Assembly (NCBI RefSeq): GCF_052425735.1
Contig: NC_135759.1
Span: 29,078,001 to 29,142,000 of the forward strand
Length of the DNA: 64,000 nucleotides
From: Oculina patagonica
Lineage: Eukaryota
Direction of reading: 5' to 3'
The notes below the pieces were generated by a model. That model was not told the origin of the DNA. It was given only the letters and a program-made list of their open reading frames with translations, and did no database searches. Within the stretch, counting starts at the first letter, position 1; the number at the start of each line of letters is the position of its first letter. The position numbers and the translations under genes are program-made. This document shows, in pieces, positions 11,612 through 23,316 of this stretch.

Positions 11612-12622
11612 CTACATTTTAACATATTTTAACAATGCGGCAAAACGACTACAAGTTACAGCAGCAAAAGCTGCTGCTATGCCGCCAACAAGGATACAAA
11701 CGACAACCAAAATCAGCATTACGGAAATGTAGAAGGTAAAAACGGTAAGAAACTGATAGATAGCTGACATAAGTTGTTGTGAAACATCCTTTCGAGACTT
11801 TGTAAAAAGCTTAAAATTAACTGCAAGAAAGTTAAAAAGCCAGAATAGAGAATCGCGCAAAGGTACTGATGTTTGCCGTTGGCCTGGAACCTGCACGTTT
11901 GTCAACAAGGATTCGATATTTTCTAGATTGGTATCTAAGTCCATGATATCTCTAGCCATTTTTTGCCTCTTCTTCTCTAACAGTTCTCGGTAATTACACA
12001 CTACGTTTACTTCAGCTGTTTGAACCCTGGGACGATCCCAGAATCCAATCGACTGAATGTCCTTTAAGGCTTTTTTAGTGTTAGGATCTTTTCTAAACAA
12101 AGGTTCCTGCAGAACCTTCGTTATAGCATCGATTGCTCGAAGCTTCTCATCATGGCCAAGTCTCTGATTGGGTGCGTCTCCCCATAGATTCTTCCAAACA
12201 TCAACAACATCACTTAGGACCCTTTCAGAGACATTGAAGTAGGAACACCGCCGAAGAAGCTGTAGATATCGTAAGCCGCCTATCGATTTCTCGCCGAAGT
12301 AAACCCGAGCGATTTCCGATGGTCCCGATACAGCATCGTCCCATTTAGAACTGTTGGAGACCCACCAAGCAATCTTTGTTGGATCACGGTGGTAACTGGT
12401 GATGGCTTGAGCCCACTTACAGCTGTGTGTATTATGCTTTCGAGGAGCATAGGTACAATGGCATTTTGTTCCAGACCCTACCATGGCTGTTATGAGATCG
12501 TACAACGCTTTGATCTCCTTTGCTGCAAACGACTGTAGCACATCTGATAGTAATAACAGAGCTTGCCCTACTTCAATCCAGTTTCGGTATTCATCGTTTG
12601 CAAGTCTGGATTCCAAATGCAT
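11612..12622 (-). CDS. CXorf38/DUF4559-like (HEPN-fold) protein with coiled coil and C-terminal transmembrane segment
   Basis: The N-terminus RLANDEYRNWIEVGQALLLL, then C-x-C...CKW...H...W...W...EIARVY and LLRRCSYF, matches the CXorf38 pattern as I recall it. Heptad region near residues 215-245; hydrophobic C-terminus. A polypyrimidine AG just upstream suggests a 5'UTR intron. Confidence 0.8.
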   Translation of the reverse strand: MHLESRLANDEYRNWIEVGQALLLLSDVLQSFAAKEIKALYDLITAMVGSGTKCHCTYAPRKHNTHSCKWAQAITSYHRDPTKIAWWVSNSSKWDDAVSGPSEIARVYFGEKSIGGLRYLQLLRRCSYFNVSERVLSDVVDVWKNLWGDAPNQRLGHDEKLRAIDAITKVLQEPLFRKDPNTKKALKDIQSIGFWDRPRVQTAEVNVVCNYRELLEKKRQKMARDIMDLDTNLENIESLLTNVQVPGQRQTSVPLRDSLFWLFNFLAVNFKLFTKSRKDVSQQLMSAIYQFLTVFTFYISVMLILVVVCILVGGIAAAFAAVTCSRFAALLKYVKM

Positions 12623-14755
12623 CTTAAATTATATGACTGTTTCTGAGAAAAAAAAAAAACGAATAAATTCTGTTTTAATCTCACGTTGATTTTTGTAAAA
12701 AAATTAAAACCCCACCTTTGCAACACCCCCTTTAGACAATTTATTCGTCTCCTGCTGCTATTTAAAAGGACTGTTAATTTGATATTAATATTAAAATAAA
12801 TTCCTATCAGGCGCCGGGCACAGCGTAATGGGGCAGGTTGGACTCCACAGCCGGAGACGGAAGGGCCCCGAGCGACGACGGCTCGGACGCGACGACAGGA
12901 GAACAGCCCAGGGGAGAAAGGAACACGCAGGCCGCATGACCCCCCCCCCCCCCCAAGAAGAACATGCAAAAAGGGCGAGAAGGGCAGGAAACAAAGCGCA
13001 CAGCCACGGCAGAGCAAAAAGAGCTCGAGCCCTGGGCTATATTTAGGGATAAAGCCACATCAGCTCTAGCTGGTTTTCATGCGGGTCATCTTTCCAAGTC
13101 GAATTGGACTATGTATTAATTATAGTTTATGCTTTCTCCAATCCACAAAAAAACTTATAATACATAAATAAATAATAAATAAATGTATTACCAAAATGGA
13201 ATACAATATAAACAATTTAACATTTAGTCAAAGTATAACAATATAATAGATGAAAAGAAGGGAGCAGGGTACATCCAATGAAGCAAATTAATTGTGTCCC
13301 TTAACTAATTATAAATTAATAATTACAAAGTGTTGTTAGCTATGGAAAATGGTTTATTGCTGCATTTTACCACTGGCGGAACAGTAAAATTACATTTTTA
13401 AAACTCCGATCCAAACTTTGTGCGTCGTTGCGTGACATTCCCCTCCCAATAAAAAAAAATATGCAAGGGAGACTTGTCATGACACGGTCACTGGCGCATG
13501 GCAAATCGGCCCGTCGATAATTTAACATATTTGAGACGTCTGTTGGGTAAGCGTAAAAGAAAAGGCGATGGTTATTAAAAATATTTACCTTTTTATATTT
13601 GTTTATATTTTTTATGTGAGTATTGGATGGGTTTAAACCCACAAAGCGCGGTTTATTTAAGTATTTTTAAAAATTCACTGCAGGGCTTCATAATCTTTGA
13701 TAGGGATCGAAAGTAGAATTTTATGAATATTTAATCATCGTTTTAGATGTCCGTGTATATTTTTCCTAAACACAACCTACACCGCGCTATAGGCTATGTC
13801 TAAAGACATTCACATTCAGACGAATACTGCCTAGCTACATATGCACAGCCTGGTTTAGGAAATGGGAAATATTGATCTTCAACATCAATATGCTAATTTG
13901 GATATAGAAGACATGACCCGTAACACTGTTGTGATGAATCATCGTTCAACCGCATTGTTTTGGCCTGTATCCCTCTTACCAATTACGCAAACTACTTAGA
14001 GTTGAATTAAGGCAATTTCATTTGTTCCTCAGCACCTCTAAAGGCATTTTTTTCTATGCAGTACAAGATAATGTCGAAAGCAGTACAGATGATGGATCAG
14101 TAAATCAGTATAAATTATCAGTCACAATGGATGCGATTCAGACCAATGTCTCATATAATAACTAGCTGAGCGTTTGTTAACGGGTTGTTATTTGTTATTG
14201 TTAATATCAAAGACAGTTAATCCCGAGGAAATATGGTTAATGACAATACGTAAAACTTGTTCCATCAACCCATTCGAGCAGCAGCCAGTCGATCCAACTA
14301 CATTGTAGCGTGTTTACTTTTATGTTTAGGGTCTTTAGGCTCTGGGTCACATTGCACGTAAAAATGTTTCGTCCGGTTAACAACAATATGCAACAATTGG
14401 CGAGGGACAAAACAAGTGAACGTTTTAAAATTACACGTCAAGATAAAAAAAAACATACCTTAACATTGAATGTGTAACTTTCGCTATTGTTAAGTTTGGC
14501 GATGGCGCTGTCGCACTTTCGAGATCACTCAAACAGCTTTGCGAATATTTAACATGCAGCATTGCGTGCATGCATTTCAATCCCATGCAAATTACGTTAT
14601 CCGCTGACCACTGGGACAGAACCGCGCGCATTAAGTTACGTTGAGTCTGTGTAAATTCGGTGTTTTTGAAGATCTTAGATGCAATTTTGCTAATTGTAAT
14701 TCAGGGTCCGTTTAGGATTAATATTTACTTTGTTGTTGTTTTGACAAACTCGTAA

Positions 14756-14842
14756 GTCGTCTCATTCGCAACCGTTATTTGGGTCGTCACGCAGCACTCA
14801 CGGTGCGTGACGAACCCAATAAAGCGGCAGCGAAGGAGACTA
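14756..14842. mobile_element. Short palindromic MITE-like element
   Basis: Imperfect inverted arms gtctcattcgcaaccg...gtcacgca / tgcgtgac...cggcagcgaaggagac. Confidence 0.55.
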
Positions 14843-14857
14843 ATTCGCTTGTAATGC

Positions 14858-14910
14858 TAACCTGCGATCAGGCAGGCGTTCTACAGAAAAGAACGCCTGA
14901 ACGCAGGTTA
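14858..14910. mobile_element. 53-bp palindromic mini-element
   Basis: taacctgcgatcaggc ... gcctgaacgcaggtta, with gtaatgc near both flanks. Confidence 0.55.
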
Positions 14911-16567
14911 AAGTAATGCAAAATAAATGTATCGTACGATGTCTAGAGCTTACTGACTGAATGAATGTCCTATCACACTAGATGTAGCGATAGAATTGTT
15001 TTATGTTTCTCTGGGATTGTGGGATCCTGCAGTTATTTCGACGATTGAGGCGACAGCAGAGACAACCGGCGGAGTTCAGATAAGACATCCTTTTGCTTTA
15101 ACTTAAATCATTTATTAGAAACATAATGTCAGCATCGACCAATCTGATCGAAATCTGAGGTAAGATGTGAGAGAAACCTTTCGCTAAAGCAAGGCCTTTA
15201 AAAAGTCAGTTGGTTCTAACAATTGATGCTGTAAATGGTAAGCCACATCGTTACAAAGTATATTAGAGAAAAGAAGAGTAGGCCGTAAGGTAGGAAAACG
15301 GCGCGCGAGAAAGAGAAAGAGGAGAGGCCGGTGGAGGACGGCGCGGAAAAGAAAAACCGACAGACCAAGTGGAAAATCTGACAGAAGTGAGTAGAGAAAG
15401 ACGACTGCGGGGCGCAAGAAAGGAAAAAAAAAAAGAAAACAGCGCGAAAGGGAGGAGGGAGGAGAGGACACAGAATTGGAGTTGGAGAAGCGGCGAGAAA
15501 ACGCGTACAGCGAGCGCAAAAACGGTGAAATTCCTGACCTGGGAAATTCAGACATAAAACCAAAAAACGGCTTTTTCGTTAAATAATAATTTCCGCTACA
15601 GGACCCCCATTCTAAATTAAATTGTCCCCGATAAACAACTTTCGATTCTTTCTTCTGAAAGATGAATAAACGAAAGTGTTTCCTCAGTGATGCGCATCAA
15701 AAAGTCTCTTCTTTTGCTCTCCAATGCAACCGTATCCCTACCTTTGTAAGGACGCCGTTTGAGGTTATGTGACATAATAGACCATAATAACCAGCAAATA
15801 ACCATTAAACTTTGTATACAGATAGCTCAAGGTTGTCCACGTAAGACAGAATTATTTTTAGTGTTAAGTAATTTATAAACCTAAAAGGGGGTTGAGGGGT
15901 GTCCATCAACCCCCTTGTACAGTCGTGGGCGTATGATTTTTGATGAGATATATAATTAAGACGGTCAACACTGAACTCCTCTGTGGCTCACATTGCAAGG
16001 CCATTTTGACTAGTAATATAGTCAAAGCGTTGGATTAACCTGTTGATTATTTGTATGAAACAGGACCAAGTGAAAAAAAGTCAAATTCAGGGAATAGATA
16101 TAAGAGAGTGACATCAAATTCAAACTAGCCATGTACAGCCACAACTGCATGTACTATCAGAATTGAACAGTAAAATTTGAAAAAAAAAGTAACACACGAT
16201 TAACGTCCAGTTCAAATGAAGGTCGCCGTATAATTTCCGTTCACTGAAATTTATGCCCAAACAATCAGAATTACTTCACGTTTTGTGCTAAATATGGTAA
16301 ATATAATATTTAAATACACAAATAAGCACTATAGTATTGTCTGGGAATGAAGCATTCTCACTCAGGTGACCAGCATCTATGCAAATTAATAGGAACAAAA
16401 AGAGGCGTTTACATAAAAAAGACTTGGTACACCAACACGGCTGCCGTTTCATCGGAACACCAATCATGTGAAAACACTGTATACGACGAATAATAAATTT
16501 TTATTGTGAATTGGCGCAATTCACAATAAGAACTACAATTTTTCGTATCGGGTTGGGAAACAAACAA

Positions 16568-16934
16568 GGCCATCCCAATAAAATTTTTCGTTTCCCATCG
16601 CCCGACCGACCCATTTTTTTTTTTTCAAAAAGTAAAAAAAAAAAAAAAAAAAAATGCAGATTCACTAGTCAAAGAAGCAAGTACTTTAATTTACAAGCAC
16701 ACGATCTTGTTTTATCAACAACAATTGGCATTATGATGTCCTTGCCTTTAATTTTGAATAAAGAAAGAATAACGGAAATATAACGAGCGAAATAGCCACC
16801 TTTTCTCATTCGTAACCCGAGGCTTTCCTCCTTCAAGCTCCATCTTTTTTTTTTTTTTTTTTTTTGCCCGACCGACCGACCCACTATCACAAGAGACGAG
16901 GCGATGGGAAACAAAACATTTTATTGGGATGGCC
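16568..16934. mobile_element. MITE, PIF/Harbinger-like
   Basis: TIRs of about 35 bp (ggccatcccaataaaat..tttcccatcgcc / ggcgatgggaaac..attttattgggatggcc) and a 3-bp TSD, CAA. Confidence 0.8.
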
Positions 16935-18945
16935 CAACAAGTTGGGAAAAAACATTGCTGAATCTAGATCTTAGTGTCTGACTCAATGTGGTTTTGTCAT
17001 TCTTTATATTGTCAGTATTCTGATATTTCACTTTATCGTCGTCTTATTTACTAGGTGGTACAAGGCAGCAATGAAATAATAAATCTGCGTAAATATAACA
17101 TAAAGGTTTGAATTAAAAAGCGGTCTCTTTTCAATAATATATACAGAAATATATCGTTTCTAGAACTAGTAAGCCGCATTGATTGTGTAACGTTATTAGA
17201 TATTGTTATTAAAAAATAGAAATGAAGAAGGATACGGTACTTTTATGCCAAAATGAACTACCCAAAACACAGTAGCATGGAGTTTGTGCTATTTTTCACC
17301 TGTCCAAATAGCGTTAAAGGCGCACTCAAAATACAGAATTGCAATTTATTTTTAGGTATCACCTCTTGTCTTGCATGTCGTATTAACTTTCTTTCTTTTC
17401 TCATGCAAAAACCGTGAGTCTTTTGCTTGGAAGAACTTGTAATAATTGGGTTTCCCGGCAGACGTCCAAATATTTAAAAATAAAGATAGATCAGATTATA
17501 CTGTTGTTAAAATTGCTTCTTGAAAGTAAAATGTATTATGTTCTCTTAATTGAAACGCAGAATAAAACAAACACAGGCCGCAAAGATGTCACATTGTGTG
17601 CACTTGCCTAAATGTGACAAATAAAATACAACCATGGTTGTTGCTTTGACATTCTAAACCTAGTCCCTGAATGTTTTGTCCATAGAACTCAGAATATAAA
17701 CATCCCTGCAAATTTGAGTTCAAGGTGAGTAGTACACGGTTTATAGCACTGAATAATGTCTGAGTGCTACAGACGTCATCTTTTACCCCATAGTTAATTT
17801 TATTCTAAGATATTCTTCTAAAGGTGTTGTAAAATAGGTTTGATACATTTTGTTTCCAGTTATGGATAGATTTTCTTTTGTTTCACCTGGTCAGTTGACT
17901 TGAAACTCTTCACCTAGAACTACACAATTGTAACATTGTGTTTTGCAGTATTTTTGGGGGTATATTGTAGATGATTCTTCGGATCGACATTGGCGTAATG
18001 CCATCAAACATTGTCCGTAATGAAGCCGACTAAACCTTAACAATTAAACGCATCGTGTCTTTTTGAACTAAATTCCTTATCCTTTTCCGTGCACTTCGCC
18101 TTAATTCGGCTCAAGAAAGCTTGGAAATTATCAAGTCTTCGACCGTTAGCTGTCATAGCTGAAAGTTTTCGAGTGAAACTCCATGTCCTATGTAAAATGA
18201 ACTGGTAAACAATTATAATGATAAGGAACATTTTGAGGTTTGCAGGATCTTCTAACATTTTTTTTTTAAATTTTTAATTGAAGATGGTTTGCAAACAGTT
18301 AGTAGACGCAAGCAGCAAAAAGACATCACACGTAAAATTCAAGTCGAGTTTAATTCAAACCCAATTCTTCCATTTTTAACCAAGTTAAAATAATGAACCT
18401 GAATTTTTCAAAGTTAGTCTTACTGAAAAGTTCCTATATAACTAGTGTTTTCCTGGGAAATTAGCTTATTTAGGTTCTTAAGACGGATCCGCTGAGCGAG
18501 AAGAGAGCCAAAATCCACCAGCAGACGGAAAGACCAGACGGACCCCCAAAAGGAAAGCACCCGAAAGACGCGCGCCTGTGAACTGGCGCAACGTCGGGCC
18601 TCCACCGGGCGGGCACACTGGCGGGGACTTGCCTGTTGCTCGAAAATTGTGCGGAAACCATCTTAATTTTTTGAGAAAAAAACCCGTTGCTCGTTGATGG
18701 TAGAATTTTGGTGCGGTATATCGTAGATACAAAATATGCATCTTATTATGCTTGATGACTACAAACTAATCAAATAAAAACCTTATTCTAGGTTTTCGTA
18801 TTTCATATATTTAAAAATATCAAAATTACCAAAAAAAATTTCTTAAGTTTTAACTGAATTTTATAAAATAAGAAGGCTTAAACAGGTTCTTATGTAAAGG
18901 GTCTAAATATCCCCTAACAGGTTCTTAACCTGTAGGTCCTTGTAT

Positions 18946-19053
18946 TTGGGCCGTAACTAGCAAGAGGTAAGACGAGGCACTTGGAGGGCATGTCCTTAGA
19001 ACCCCCTAGAAAGATTTTGCGTCGTCTATGGCAAAGGTCTGGTTACGGCCCTG
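18946..19053. mobile_element. Short hAT-like MITE upstream of a GPCR
   Basis: TIRs gggccgtaactag / ctggttacggccc; cttgtat on both flanks. A related sequence lies in reverse orientation at about 62863-62898. Confidence 0.6.
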
Positions 19054-19325
19054 CTTGTATGTGGGATTTTACTGTATTTCTGGTGCGATTTACATAAACA
19101 AGGCTGTAACTTTTACACTGCTGATGTTCGAATCGTAGAATTGCGAATTGTGCGTACTCTCTGTGTAAGCATATCACAGTCTTTGATAAACTATAACGAC
19201 CCTATAACGGGAAGTCGATTAAAAGAGCGTGTTCCGTATACCCCTAACTAGAGGACCAAGGCTATCGTGGTTTACTTTTTACATTCACATTGGGAACTTA
19301 TTCTTTTATTTCTGACAACAGTGAG

Positions 19326-20309
19326 ATGAACGAAACGAATTCAAGCGTTTCATCAAGTGAAGTACTTCTACCAAGTGTGGCTTACTGGTCTCTCAAGGCC
19401 ATCATATCCATTGTGGCTGTTCTTGGAAATGGTGTAGTAATGTGGTTAATCTGTACCAGGAGACGGTTACATTGCACAGCAAACTGGTATGTTCTGTCAT
19501 TGGCTTCAGCTGACTTTTGCACTGGCTTAATTATTACACCATCGGAACTCATTTGTCTTTGGAAACCTGCCATGTGTATTTGGCCATTGGTGGTGCGCGG
19601 TTCCTTTTACAACTATCCAGTCAACGTATCGATATGTTGCCTTTGCGTGCTGACATTTGACCGTTATCTCTGTGTGTTATCTCCGTTACAATACACTAGA
19701 CGCATGACGTCAAAACTGGTAGTTGGTCTTATATCCTTGTCGTGGATATTACCAGGGATTTTGACCTTCGTCAGCCTTTTCTGGCTTAAAGCTCCAACCA
19801 ACATACAAGACACCGCTAATAAAGTTCTCACGCTTATTCAGATTTTCCTCGTGTCATTCCTGCCTTCGATCTTTTTAGTTTACGCGTACACTAGAATATT
19901 GTTTGCGGCTATGAAACAGTGGCGACGATCGGCCGAACACATTTCTCAGCTGCGATTTAATCACGTGGAAGACGAATGCGAGCGAGTTAAGTCCCAAGGA
20001 GGTCGCGAGCGTTCTTCGACAGTGAAAATACTCGGTTTTGTTATAACATTCTTTGTGTTGTGTTGGATCCCCTCTGTGTATCGTGCCATATGCGGAGCTT
20101 TCCTCCCGTGTACTGTGTCTGCACCTATCGTGCAAATCTCACGGCTTCTCATTTTACTAAACTCAGGAATGAACTTCGCCGTTTATGCGTTCTTAAAGCA
20201 GGATATTCGCAAAGAACTGTGCAAGACGTGTCGAAAGACAAGAGGTCGATCGAGGGAAAGCTTCCATCTGATGGAACGTTCGTCTAGAGCTTCTAGTAAT
20301 CAGTTATGA
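19326..20309 (+). CDS. Orphan class A GPCR, intronless CDS
   Basis: ATG 19326 (MNETNSS, N-glycosylation sites); GN, LASAD, DRY, CWIP, NSGMNFAVY, LKQDIRKEL. Confidence 0.95.
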   Translation: MNETNSSVSSSEVLLPSVAYWSLKAIISIVAVLGNGVVMWLICTRRRLHCTANWYVLSLASADFCTGLIITPSELICLWKPAMCIWPLVVRGSFYNYPVNVSICCLCVLTFDRYLCVLSPLQYTRRMTSKLVVGLISLSWILPGILTFVSLFWLKAPTNIQDTANKVLTLIQIFLVSFLPSIFLVYAYTRILFAAMKQWRRSAEHISQLRFNHVEDECERVKSQGGRERSSTVKILGFVITFFVLCWIPSVYRAICGAFLPCTVSAPIVQISRLLILLNSGMNFAVYAFLKQDIRKELCKTCRKTRGRSRESFHLMERSSRASSNQL

Positions 20310-21372
20310 CTATAATCGCAGCTCAATAAAAGCGTCGTTGTAGGCTTATTCCATGATGCAAATGAAAGGATGTGAAGCAAAAAAAAAGGCTTACTTTTTT
20401 TTACTGCGGAATGACGATTTTAGCTGGTCTTCTTCACCAAATTGGCCTCTTCTCTTTTAATGTGCTCCTGTATTCATGTTTGAATAGCCCGTCCTATGAG
20501 CTCATACAGAATATCGAGCCATGCCGGTAAACGTTGTCAATTTCCGATGTTTTTTGAGAAATTTCTTTGTTTGTCATAAACATCAGACGTGTGATTTTGC
20601 TAGTTTCACAGAGAGCGCTCACAACGTATCGTCACATTCAAGTGAGCTAATTATGACGGCTACTAAATGCGCATGCAATAAAGGATATCGTGGGAGAGGA
20701 TTATTACGAAACAGAACCTTAAACTTTAAACCTTAAACTTTGATGGATTGCCAAAAATATATAAGAATAAAATGTTCTCTGTTTGACTTCGAATAAGTCG
20801 AAAAATATTTTCAACCGTCGTTTTTGCATGAAAACATAAGTAAATGGACCAAGTGATGAACTTTACTTTGACCAAGAAGAATTGCTTCAAAATGTGTCTT
20901 GAAGTTTTGTTTTGACGAGGGGAAAGTTTCGTTGACTTTCTTATTTGCGAGTCCTACATGTGACGTCATAATGACTAGAGTTACTGTCTACATCATCCTG
21001 TGTTAATTTGGTGACCATCAGTAAACGGTTTCAAAGTTACGGTGTGGAGGGGGGGGGGGGGGGGGATAGAATAGAATTTTTTCATTCTTCTTTGTCCTAA
21101 TTGAGAATAATTCTCGATTACTTAAAATTCAACTAAGTGCAATAACTGCTACAATCAGGAACGAGTACTGTAATTGGCCAGTCACGACCATACAAAGCAA
21201 GTTTCCTTGTGTTTATGCGGTGTTTCATTTTCACACGGCATAAAGCGAACGCAAGCACGAGCGAAAGCACAAAAAAGAAAACAGAAAGATCCTTGTGCTT
21301 GTGCTTCACGGTGAAATAAGAGTTGTTATGCTTGCGCCTGTGCTTTTTATATCAAATTGGATCGCTTTCTTA

Positions 21373-22273
21373 AGGTGGATTTCCACTGACGGGTAAATAT
21401 TTACGTACGTAAAACGTGCGTAAAAAAAGATACGTAGGCAAATTTCCACTGTCGCGTAAAAAGTAATAAAAAGCGTTTCCTTTTTACGCGCGTTGAACGT
21501 GCGTAAAAGCCCGCCATACTGAATTATCAAGTTGGTGAATAGAGTGCGTGATTGTCGGCCATATTGGAGAAGTGAAACAATAAGTTGTTTTTCCTTTGGG
21601 AAAAAATCATTGACATTTTTATGCAAATATCTTGTTGTTTGACTCTTCCAACATGGCTGCCATGAAAACACTTTGTACCAAACGCTAGAAAAAGAAATGC
21701 GTGAATATGACCAAGAGGCATTTTATAAATACTTCCGAAAGACACCATCAAGTAAAAGAGGATTTGAGCCGACCTTCCCGGATTCTCGGTTCAAAGTCTA
21801 CGTGATCTGACGCCAGGCGTTTTCTTTCACTACTGCGTTCGTGTAATTTAGTTCTGTAGCCAGTGCTATAGATTTTTTTTTTAAATGTTAAGACTTTCTC
21901 GATAAGTAGTGTTTTTACATCTGAATGTTTCCCCAAGTAAATCGATGGGCGATTTAAAACAAAATGGTTTTCCACATGGTAAGTGGTGTCATGTGACGAA
22001 ATCCTAAAGTATGATTGGGTAAATCGTTGCGTAACCGCAGACAGCCGCGAAAAAAGTTGAACTCGGTTCAACTTTTTTCAAAACCCCCCAAATCGCTACG
22101 TGCGTAAACGTCGCGTCACGTGCGTAAATACCTGGAAAAAACGTGGCATTGGAAATTGGACAACGTAAATTCGACGCACGTAATCGCGCGCGTAAAATTT
22201 CATTTTACGCACGTTTATAATTTTTACGCCCGTTAACGTGCGTAAACAAAAACGCGACAGTGGAAATCCACCT
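21373..22273. mobile_element. Non-autonomous DNA transposon (PIF/Harbinger-like) with a nested small repeat
   Basis: TIRs aggtggatttccactg / cagtggaaatccacct, TSD TTA on both sides, and subterminal acgtgcgtaaa repeats. An unrelated MITE-like piece sits at about 21538-21674. Confidence 0.8.
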
Positions 22274-23316
22274 TTAGTCATTAGTTCTCCGGACTTAACG
22301 CTGCGAAGTAATCATATTCTCAATAACTTTTTTTGTAGCTCGAGGTGAAAAAAATTCGGCTCAGTTCGCCACGTTGACGCGACAATTTACCAATTTACCA
22401 CGTCCCGAATAAAAGTTCCTTGCAATCCATCATTTTTTTTTCTCTCATGTGATTGGTCTAAACACGTCAACACGCCAGCTAAAACTGGAAAATTTCAGGT
22501 GATATTCTTCAGACCAATTTTCCAACTTTGCGTTTACGTTCGCACCCTTGATTTCATCCCGAGTAAATTATTAAATTGGATAGAAGTGAACATTTTGAAC
22601 AGGCTTTAGATATTTTGAACGCCGACAAAATTACTTGCAAATCAGTGCATATTGTCGCGCCAAATGGAAGCTATTGTAAATATAGTCTGAGGTCTTTGAA
22701 CCAAACAGAAACGGCTAGAAATGCAATATCCGAGGTTAAGAATTTATTAAAAAGTCATAGATCTCGTAACAACGTTATGTATATCTTTGCAAAAAACGGT
22801 TATTTTATGAGATGCCTCAAATCTAATCGTATAGAACTTAGTTAATTAAATAGCTCTTTTGAGAACAGCAACGAATTGAACGTATTCAAGGCGTCCAGCC
22901 ATATGGAAGTCTGTTTAAGGCGAATGTGGAACAGTGATTGGTGTGAAGTGTTCTTTCGAAAAATGAGTCATGGCATCCAATACAATAAAGTCGGAGCTTC
23001 TATGTCTAGCTGATTTATGGCCCATCTCTTCCTCTTGTTTATACAGCTGAGGAGTCAAAACTAAGCTTATTTAAACACGGAAAATTACCTAATTAAATTT
23101 GAATATATTTCTTTTGCCAAAGATACACACAATTAAGAGTTTGTGGACATTGAGGCAATCAGCAAGTTGCTTGAACACGGTTTCTGTCAATTAACAAAGA
23201 TTTAACCAATTTGTAGTGTTAATTGACGAATTAAAACGTTCAGTGTTAACAATAAGCCTTTCACTTTGAATCACTTAGAGCAAAGATAAGACGAAAGAGG
23301 AAGACAATTTATAACC

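Noticed and set aside
17900-18258. Possible decayed coding remnant on the minus strand
   Set aside because: Several stops, and no family could be recognised.
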